Under the pieces are notes generated by a model, which was not told where the DNA came from, searched no databases, and saw nothing but the letters and a program-made list of their open reading frames with translations. A DNA stretch of 60,514 nt from Candidatus Omnitrophota bacterium (GTDB lineage Bacteria; Omnitrophota; Gorgyraeia; Gygaellales; Profunditerraquicolaceae): the NCBI GenBank assembly GCA_041653115.1, contig JBAZGA010000008.1:1-60514 (forward strand), in the 5' to 3' direction. Each line of letters starts with the position of its first letter. Position 1 is the stretch's first letter. The translations under genes and the position numbers were made by a program. Below are positions 53,968 to 60,514 of the stretch, piece after piece.

Positions 53968-55527
53968 ATGTCAACCCATAAATCTATCTTGAAGTCCGCC
54001 GGTATCGTGGGGTTTGCCACGCTCTGCTCGCGTATTCTCGGGTTCATCCGGGACGTGGTCATCGCCCGTTTATTCGGCGTTTATCTTTATGCGCAGGCAT
54101 TTGTGATTGCCTTTAAGATCCCCAATTTATTCCGCGATTTTGTCGGGGAAGGCGCAGCCAATGCCGCCTTTGTGCCGGTATTCAGCGAGTATAGCGTAAA
54201 ACACTCCAAGGAAGAACTCTGGGAGCTGGCGAATGTGGTTTTAAATCTGCTCTTGGTCATTCTAACGGCAATCACGGTTTTAGGAATTATCTTTTCGCCG
54301 CTGATTGTCCGGCTGATCGCCCCCGGATTTATTGCCGAGCCCGCTAAATTAGCCGCCACGATTAAATTAAACCGGGTTATTTTTCCCTATATTCTACTGG
54401 TGAGCCTCGCAGCCTATGCCATGGCGATACTGAATTCGCTGAAACACTTCAGCGTCCCGGCTTTTGCTCCCTGCTTATTGAATATCTCGATTATTGTTTT
54501 TGCCCTGCTTTTCGGAGAAGACGTAAAGGGACTGGCCTTAGGCGTACTGGTAGGAGGCGCCCTGCAGCTTCTTGTCCAGATCCCCTTGCTTTATAAAAAA
54601 GGCTTCCGGCCGCGCTTATTCCGGAATTTTAAACATCCGGCGGCAAAACTCATCGGGAAACTGATGTTGCCGCGGCTTTTGAGTTCCTGCATCTACCAGT
54701 TAAACAACTTCGCGGATTCCATCTTTGGTTCTTTGGCGGCGATTGTCGGCGAAGGAGGCGTGGCCGGGCTGTATTTTGCCTACCGCCTGATTCTTTTCCC
54801 TCTGGGCATATTCAGCACCGCGCTTTCCCAGGTTATCCTGCCGACATTTTCTACGCAGGCCCTGGAAGAGAACCGCAGTAATTTAGCCGGGACACTCTCT
54901 TTCGGTTTACGCGCGACCTTTTTTGTCATGCTGCCGGCATCGATCGGCCTGATGGTTTTAGCCGGGCCGATTATCGCTACTATATTCCAGGGCGGAAGGT
55001 TCGATGCCTATTCTACGCAGCTGACCGCCAAGGTTTTATTTTTCTACAGTATCGGTTTATTCGCCTACGGCGCAGGCCGCATTCTGCAATCCTGTTTTTT
55101 CGCGCTGAAAGACACGGTTACCCCGACAAAAATCGCCTTTATCGCCTTAATCACGAATATAATTTTAAATAGTTTGCTGATGTTCCCGATGAAATTATCC
55201 GGCATCGCCCTGGCCACTTCCATATCCGGCATCAACAGCTTTCTTATCCTCTTTTTTATCTTAAAAAAACGCCTGGCGCCTTTTTTTGAAACAGGGGCGG
55301 TTATTTCTTCCTTCCTGCGTATCCTGGCGGCGAGCCTCGGCATGGGGCTGGTTTGTTATTTTATTTCAGAGAAGAATATCTTTCTGCCTACCGCCGTTTT
55401 ATTAAAATTTCTCAACCTGGGAATCGCGCTTTCCGCCGGAATCATCTCTTATATTCTTTTTTGTTTTATTTTCAGGGTCAGCGAGATGCAAGAACTCTGG
55501 CGCTGGCTGGCAGAGAAGAGAAAATGA
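53968..55527 (+). CDS. murJ: Lipid II flippase MurJ
   Basis: SRILGFIRD, AFKIPNLFRDFVGEGA, AFVPVF, LFPLGIF, FFALKDTVTP, GIALATS. Confidence 0.95.
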   Translation: MSTHKSILKSAGIVGFATLCSRILGFIRDVVIARLFGVYLYAQAFVIAFKIPNLFRDFVGEGAANAAFVPVFSEYSVKHSKEELWELANVVLNLLLVILTAITVLGIIFSPLIVRLIAPGFIAEPAKLAATIKLNRVIFPYILLVSLAAYAMAILNSLKHFSVPAFAPCLLNISIIVFALLFGEDVKGLALGVLVGGALQLLVQIPLLYKKGFRPRLFRNFKHPAAKLIGKLMLPRLLSSCIYQLNNFADSIFGSLAAIVGEGGVAGLYFAYRLILFPLGIFSTALSQVILPTFSTQALEENRSNLAGTLSFGLRATFFVMLPASIGLMVLAGPIIATIFQGGRFDAYSTQLTAKVLFFYSIGLFAYGAGRILQSCFFALKDTVTPTKIAFIALITNIILNSLLMFPMKLSGIALATSISGINSFLILFFILKKRLAPFFETGAVISSFLRILAASLGMGLVCYFISEKNIFLPTAVLLKFLNLGIALSAGIISYILFCFIFRVSEMQELWRWLAEKRK

Positions 55528-55621
55528 CCCTGCCGGGTTTCTCGCTAAGTCGATTTCTTAACGCAAAAGGTCTTTCGCGCTTCGGCGGCTGCAGAACTCA
55601 GTCGCTAAAAATCGCATAAGC

Positions 55622-56863
55622 ATGAATAAATTGCAGAAGAAAATAAAAAATCTGCCTGATACGCCCGGCGTCTATTTATTTAAGGACGCGCAAGGCAGGA
55701 TTATTTATATCGGGAAGGCGAAGTCCTTGAAGAAGCGCGCGGGGAGTTATTTCGGCCGGCCGCAGAATGAAAAAAATCAGGCGCTGGTGGCAAAGATTTC
55801 CGATCTGGATTATATCGTAACTTATACCGGAGCACAGGCAGAAATTTTAGAGGCGGCATTAGTCAGCGAAAAACAACCCAGATACAATATTGATTTAAAA
55901 GACGATAAGTCGTTTCCGCTGATAAAAATTACCCGGGAAGACTTTCCGGTTGTCTCAATCGCCAGGAGAAAAAAGCCCGGCCTGAAAGACAACGCGCGCT
56001 ACTTCGGGCCGTATACCAAGGCCTGGGCTTTGCGTTATGCTTTTAAAATGCTGCGGAAAATTTTTACCTTCCGCTCATGCAAGAAAATGCCGGATAAAGC
56101 CTGTCTTTATTACCGGCTTAAGCTTTGCCCGGCGCCCTGTGAAAAAAAGATCAGTCAAAGGGCTTACGCGCGGATTATCAGAGATATCATACTTTTTCTC
56201 GGGCTAAAGTACGAAAAACTGATTAACGAGTTAAGTTCTAAAATGCTCGCCGCATCAAGAGAGGAGAATTTTGAAGAGGCGGCTAAATTACGCGACCAGA
56301 TAGACGCTTTATCCAGCATGCGCAAAGCCGGCGCCTATGCCGCGGGCTTTGACGAGCTCGAAGACTTAAAGAGCTTTCTTAAACTGAAGAAACTCCCCAA
56401 CCGCATTGAGGCATTCGACGTTTCAAATATTTCCGGAAAAGAGGCCACTGGTTCAATGGTGAGCTTTTTTAATGCCAAACCCGATAAAAACAATTACCGC
56501 AGGTTCAGGATAAAGACAGTAAAGGCGATAAATGATTACGAAATGTTAGCCGAGATTGTCAGGAGAAGATATAGCAGGCTGAAAGATGAGAAATTACCCT
56601 TACCGGACCTGGTATTAATTGACGGGGGCAGGGCGCATCTTTTGACCGGAGAAAAAGAAATCGAGAAACTGGGGCTTAATCTGGAGATCGCCAGTATTGC
56701 CAAAGACAGGGAAAATATTTACGTCAAAAAGAGAGTTTTGCCGTTTAGGCTCCGGGAGGATACCCCGGCCTTGAATCTAATCAGAAGAATCAGGGATGAG
56801 GCGCACCGTTTTGCCGTTGCCTACCATCACATATTGAGAAGGAGGAGGGTAATTGGCAAATAA
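55622..56863 (+). CDS. uvrC: Excinuclease ABC subunit C (short form without C-terminal HhH)
   Basis: LPDTPGVY, IYIGKAKSL, PRYNIDLKDDK, EEAAKLRD, RIEAFDVS, PDLVLIDGG, RDEAHRFA. Confidence 0.92.
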   Translation: MNKLQKKIKNLPDTPGVYLFKDAQGRIIYIGKAKSLKKRAGSYFGRPQNEKNQALVAKISDLDYIVTYTGAQAEILEAALVSEKQPRYNIDLKDDKSFPLIKITREDFPVVSIARRKKPGLKDNARYFGPYTKAWALRYAFKMLRKIFTFRSCKKMPDKACLYYRLKLCPAPCEKKISQRAYARIIRDIILFLGLKYEKLINELSSKMLAASREENFEEAAKLRDQIDALSSMRKAGAYAAGFDELEDLKSFLKLKKLPNRIEAFDVSNISGKEATGSMVSFFNAKPDKNNYRRFRIKTVKAINDYEMLAEIVRRRYSRLKDEKLPLPDLVLIDGGRAHLLTGEKEIEKLGLNLEIASIAKDRENIYVKKRVLPFRLREDTPALNLIRRIRDEAHRFAVAYHHILRRRRVIGK

Positions 56864-57137
56864 AAAATTGACTCCTTTCGCAAGAAAAGTTTACCGGGCA
56901 GTTTTAAGCATACCGCTGGGCGAAGTGCGCACCTATAAGTGGGTGGCGGAAAAGGCGGGCAGGCCCAAGGCTTACCGGGCAGTCGGCCAGATCTTGAAAA
57001 ACAATCCCTACTTGTTGATTATCCCCTGCCACCGCGTAGTAGCCGGCAGCGATAAACTGGGTGGCTATGCCTGGGGTAAAAAGCATAAAGAGGCAATCTT
57101 AAATTTGGAGAGACAGATAAAGAAGTTAATGCTATAA
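56853..57137 (+). CDS. ogt: O6-methylguanine-DNA methyltransferase, single domain
   Basis: IPLGEVRTYKWVA, YRAVG, IPCHRVV active-site motif. Confidence 0.85.
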   Translation: MANKKLTPFARKVYRAVLSIPLGEVRTYKWVAEKAGRPKAYRAVGQILKNNPYLLIIPCHRVVAGSDKLGGYAWGKKHKEAILNLERQIKKLML

Positions 57138-57149
57138 TATAAATGAGGC

Positions 57150-57237
57150 CACGACTTATGGAGCGGTAGCGAACATAAGTCGTGTGGTCGAATTTACTCA
57201 CACGCCGCTTATCATTTTAGTTATTGGCGTGGGAGCT
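57150..57237. repeat. Tandem hairpin element in the leader of pilT-prfB-secA
   Basis: CACGACTTATG 57150-57160/CATAAGTCGTG 57174-57184, then GAATTTACTC, then CACGCC/GGCGTG hairpin ending GAGCT; follows TGCTATAAT (57130-57138). Confidence 0.75.
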
Positions 57238-57254
57238 GCGGAGGTAAAAATACG

Positions 57255-58328
57255 ATGGGCATAAAAAAACTGCTGAAAGAGATGGTTGAGAAAAACGCGT
57301 CGGATTTATTTTACCGCGCCGGAGCTGTTCCGCGCTTCCGGATAGACGGCAAAGTCGTTTCGGCTTCCAACCAGGCATTAAACCGGGACGATGTGATTAA
57401 GGCGACCGAGGAATTAACCCTCGAGCAGCACCGGGAGCATTTTAAGAACAACCTGGATACGGATTTTGCTTTATACCTGGAAGAGTTGCAGAACAGGTTC
57501 CGGGTGAGCATCTTTATGCAGAGGAGTTCTCCCTCCATCGTTATCAGGAACGTGCGCAGCATTATTTCCAATTTTGAAGAGCTTAATCTGCCCGCCGACA
57601 TTTTGACAAAGTTGTCACAGGAAACCAGGGGCCTGGTTCTTTTGACCGGAAGCACCGGCAGCGGCAAATCTACCACGATTGCCAGCATGATTGAATATAT
57701 CAATCAGAATTGTTATAAGCACGTTCTGACCATCGAAGAACCGATTGAATTTACCTTCCGCGATAAAAACTCCATTATCAACCAGAGGGAGCTGGGGCTG
57801 GATGTTGTCTCGTACGCGGCGGCGCTGCGTTCCTTTACCTTAGTCAGCCCAGACGTCATCTTTATCGGGAATATCCGGGATTACGAAACGATGGACGCCG
57901 CCCTGACTGCCGCGGAAACCGGCGTTTTAGTCTTAAGTACCCTGCACACCATCAACGCCAGCCAGAGCGTGGAAAGGATTATCAATTTCTTCCCGCCGCA
58001 CCAGCACCAGGAGATCCGTAATCGGTTATCTACTTTGTTAAAAGGCGTACTTTCGCTGAGGCTGGTGCCTTTAAGAGACGGGCCCGGCCGCATCCCAGCT
58101 TATGAGACGATGCTGCTTACCCCCACGATCAGCCGGTTGATCAGGGAAGATAAGGACTGGCAGATACCCCAGTTCATTGAGGACGGCGCAATTTTCGGGA
58201 TGCTCTCCTTCAATCAATGCTTAATCAAGCTGATCAGGGAGGGCAAGATTAGCGAAGAGGAAGCGAGCAACTTCGCGGATATCCCGGAAGAGTTTACCCT
58301 GGCTTTGAAGGGCATTAAAAAGACATAA
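57255..58328 (+). CDS. pilT: PilT/PilU-family type IV pilus ATPase with variant motifs
   Basis: GLVLLTGSTGSGKSTT, TIEEPIEF, INQRELG, PDVIFIGNIRD, STLHT. Confidence 0.88.
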   Translation: MGIKKLLKEMVEKNASDLFYRAGAVPRFRIDGKVVSASNQALNRDDVIKATEELTLEQHREHFKNNLDTDFALYLEELQNRFRVSIFMQRSSPSIVIRNVRSIISNFEELNLPADILTKLSQETRGLVLLTGSTGSGKSTTIASMIEYINQNCYKHVLTIEEPIEFTFRDKNSIINQRELGLDVVSYAAALRSFTLVSPDVIFIGNIRDYETMDAALTAAETGVLVLSTLHTINASQSVERIINFFPPHQHQEIRNRLSTLLKGVLSLRLVPLRDGPGRIPAYETMLLTPTISRLIREDKDWQIPQFIEDGAIFGMLSFNQCLIKLIREGKISEEEASNFADIPEEFTLALKGIKKT

Positions 58329-58351
58329 CCTTATACGGTACGGAGGCGCTT

Positions 58352-59456
58352 ATGTTAGAAGAAATCAAAGCAAGACTCTTGGATTTAGAGGCCCGCCTGG
58401 AAACCTTAAGAGGTTATCTTTGAGATAGAAAATAAAAATAAACTCATTGATGATTTGACCGCGGGGATGGCCAGCCCGGGCTTCTGGGATGACCAGGACA
58501 AATCTTCCCGCATCGTCAAGCAGCTAAAGTCTCTCAAGTCCAGCGTTGAGCCCTGGGCTTTGGCTTTTGCCAGATATAAAGAATTAAAAGAATTGGCCGA
58601 TATCTTAAAAGAAGAAGATGGGGGCCTGATCGCGGATTTAGCGCGTGACCTGGATACGCTTTCAAGCGAGGTGGATAAACTTGAGTTCAGCACGCTGCTG
58701 GGCAGTCAGTTCGATAAAAATAGCGCTATTTTAAGCATCAATGCCGGAGCCGGAGGCACGGAAAGCTGCGACTGGGTATCTATGCTTTTTCGGATGTACA
58801 GCCGCTGGTCGGAAAAGAAAGGATACGGTATTAAAACCATAGACGTATTATCCGGCGAAGAAGCGGGAATAAAAAATATTACCGCTTTGATTGAAGGAGA
58901 GTACGCTTACGGCTACCTGAAGGCGGAGCGGGGAGTGCATCGCCTGGTACGCATATCGCCTTTTGACGCGAATAAGCGCAGGCATACTTCTTTTGCGTCT
59001 GTAGACGTGATACCGGAAGTCGCGGAAGACGCCGATATAAAAATAGAGGAAAAAGATTTGCGCGTTGATGTCTACCGCTCCAAGGGCGCGGGCGGCCAGA
59101 GCGTAAACACCACGGATTCGGCGGTAAGGCTGACGCACCTGCCCAGCGGATTGGTCGCCCAGTGCCAGAATGAGCGTTCGCAATATCAAAATAAGCAAAT
59201 GGCTTTAAAAATATTAAAAGCGCGCCTCTATGAACTGGAAAGAAAGAAGAAAGAAGAAGAAATGCTTAAACAATACGGCGCGCAGAAAAAGAAGATCGAA
59301 TGGGGCAGCCAAATCCGTTCCTATGTCATGCACCCCTACAGCCTGGTCAAAGACCACCGCACGGATTACGAAACGGGCGATGTGGGTAAGATAATGGACG
59401 GCGGAATTGATGAGTTTATTGAGGCCTATCTAAAAAAGCAAAAATCAAAAGATTGA
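58352..59456 (+). CDS. prfB: Peptide chain release factor 2 with programmed +1 frameshift at 58418-58423
   Basis: ATG 58352 gives 23 codons ending AGA GGT TAT CTT TGA; the +1 frame from 58422 (GAG ATA GAA...) joins the 58455 ORF carrying SPF, GGQ and WGSQIRSY. Confidence 0.95.
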
Positions 59457-59472
59457 GGTAAACTAAACGAAG

Positions 59473-60514
59473 ATGTTAGGGTTTATTAAAAAACAACTTT
59501 TAAATCAGAAACAGAGCTTAATCCGAAAAAAATATCCGAACGTAAATATTGTTTTACACCCGGATATGCCAAGCCCTTCGCTGAACAAACTGGCGGAAGT
59601 GGCAAGGCTGGTGGATATGGTTAATGGCTGGGAGCCGAAGATAAGTGCTTTTTCCGATGCGGAATTAAAAGCTCATACCGCCCGGTTCAAGGAAGAACTC
59701 CTTAAAAAATCACGGGAATACCAGCCGCAATTAACGGCATTGGAAGAAGCGCTTGAGCTGGCGGCTATCCCCGAAGAGAAGGAAAAGGTAAAAGAAAAAA
59801 TCAAAAATACGCGCAATAAGATATTTGACGAGATTCTTCCCGAGGCCTTTGCCGTAGTCAGGGAAACAGCCAGGCGCACCATCGGCCTGCGGCATTTTGA
59901 CAGCCAGATTGCCGGCGGCGTAATCTTGCATGAAGGTAAAATTGCCGAGATGGCTACCGGCGAAGGAAAAACTCTGGTGGCGACCCTGCCGGCGTATCTG
60001 AATGCGCTTTTGGGCAGGGGTGTGCATATTGTCACCGTGAATGATTACCTGGCGCGTCGCGACCGGGAATGGATGGGGCCGGTTTATGAGTTCCTGGGGC
60101 TATCCGTGGGAGTTATCCAGCACGAAATGTCCGACGAGCAAAGGCAGTTCGCCTACTCCTGTGATATAACCTACGGGACGAATAACGAATTCGGGTTTGA
60201 TTACCTGCGCGACAATATGAAGTACAGGCTGGAAGATTTAGTGCAGCGGCCGTTTTATTACGCGATTGTCGATGAGGTGGACTCTATTTTAATCGATGAG
60301 GCGCGCACGCCCCTAATTATCTCCGGCCCGGCAGAAGAAGCCACGGATAAATATTATACCGCTAAAAGAATCGCCGACCAGCTTAAGGGCAGGCGGGTCA
60401 CCGAAAAAGACGAGATTGAGGCCAAATATAAAGGATTGGACCTTTCCCGGGGGTATGATTACCTTGCCGACGAGAAAAGCAACGCGGTTTCTCTGAGCGA
60501 AGAAGGCGAGGCAA
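59473..60514 (+). CDS. secA: Preprotein translocase SecA, 3' truncated by window edge
   Basis: From ATG 59473: [77 protein letters not shown]. Not in the ORF track. Confidence 0.96.
   Translation, partial: MLGFIKKQLLNQKQSLIRKKYPNVNIVLHPDMPSPSLNKLAEVARLVDMVNGWEPKISAFSDAELKAHTARFKEELLKKSREYQPQLTALEEALELAAIPEEKEKVKEKIKNTRNKIFDEILPEAFAVVRETARRTIGLRHFDSQIAGGVILHEGKIAEMATGEGKTLVATLPAYLNALLGRGVHIVTVNDYLARRDREWMGPVYEFLGLSVGVIQHEMSDEQRQFAYSCDITYGTNNEFGFDYLRDNMKYRLEDLVQRPFYYAIVDEVDSILIDEARTPLIISGPAEEATDKYYTAKRIADQLKGRRVTEKDEIEAKYKGLDLSRGYDYLADEKSNAVSLSEEGEA

Noticed and set aside
55528-55621. Possible hairpin between murJ and uvrC
   Set aside because: Only short 5-bp stems were found; too weak to call, though it contains CTCG/CTTCG like the other elements.
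52927-56863. Short holA and uvrC as pseudogenes
   Set aside because: Both have intact core motifs, normal coupling to neighbours and no downstream remnant in another frame; natural short forms are more likely.
814-60035. Many 60-280 aa antisense or alternate-frame ORFs in the track (e.g. 8478..9311, 22046..22648, 28840..29328, 31832..32311, 49830..50354)
   Set aside because: They overlap well-supported genes, lack RBS and motifs, and are expected shadows of coding sequence.
1-60514. CRISPR array, IS transposase, prophage or rRNA
   Set aside because: No regularly spaced direct repeats, transposase/integrase ORFs, phage genes or rRNA sequence were seen.

Overview
A ~45% GC window from a diderm, probably anaerobic bacterium. 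Gene content and style suggest Candidatus Omnitrophota, but this is an unverified inference. Housekeeping genes (purH, folC, mnmE, folE, accA, rlmN, nfo, leuS, holA, rpsT, murJ, uvrC, prfB with its +1 frameshift, partial secA, tRNA-Leu(CAA), tRNA-Ala(GGC)) surround the main result: a ~20 kb biosynthetic locus (18.4-38.5 kb). Its core is an aromatic type II polyketide synthase (KS-alpha with STGCT, chain-length factor with Q->R, ACP, TcmN-like aromatase, OxyN/ZhuJ-like cyclase, SDR, MFS exporter, amidohydrolase/decarboxylase). It has no oxygenases and carries a B12-dependent radical SAM gene between CLF and ACP. The core is flanked by what look like two halves of a 5'-deoxyadenosine-type salvage route: LsrF-like thiolase plus Zn-dehydrogenase upstream; nucleoside phosphorylase, MtnA, a class II aldolase fused to an SCP2 lipid-binding domain, ALDH and acyl-CoA ligase downstream. 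Other points of interest are a KamA gene with two ATP-grasp ligases, an EF-G paralogue next to a P-loop-less YchF, a Fur operon with two palindromic boxes and an orphan encapsulin-cargo-type ferritin, a PilT with a degenerate Walker B, and a family of intergenic rod-like hairpins. All family calls come from motif recognition by eye; no database searches were run.
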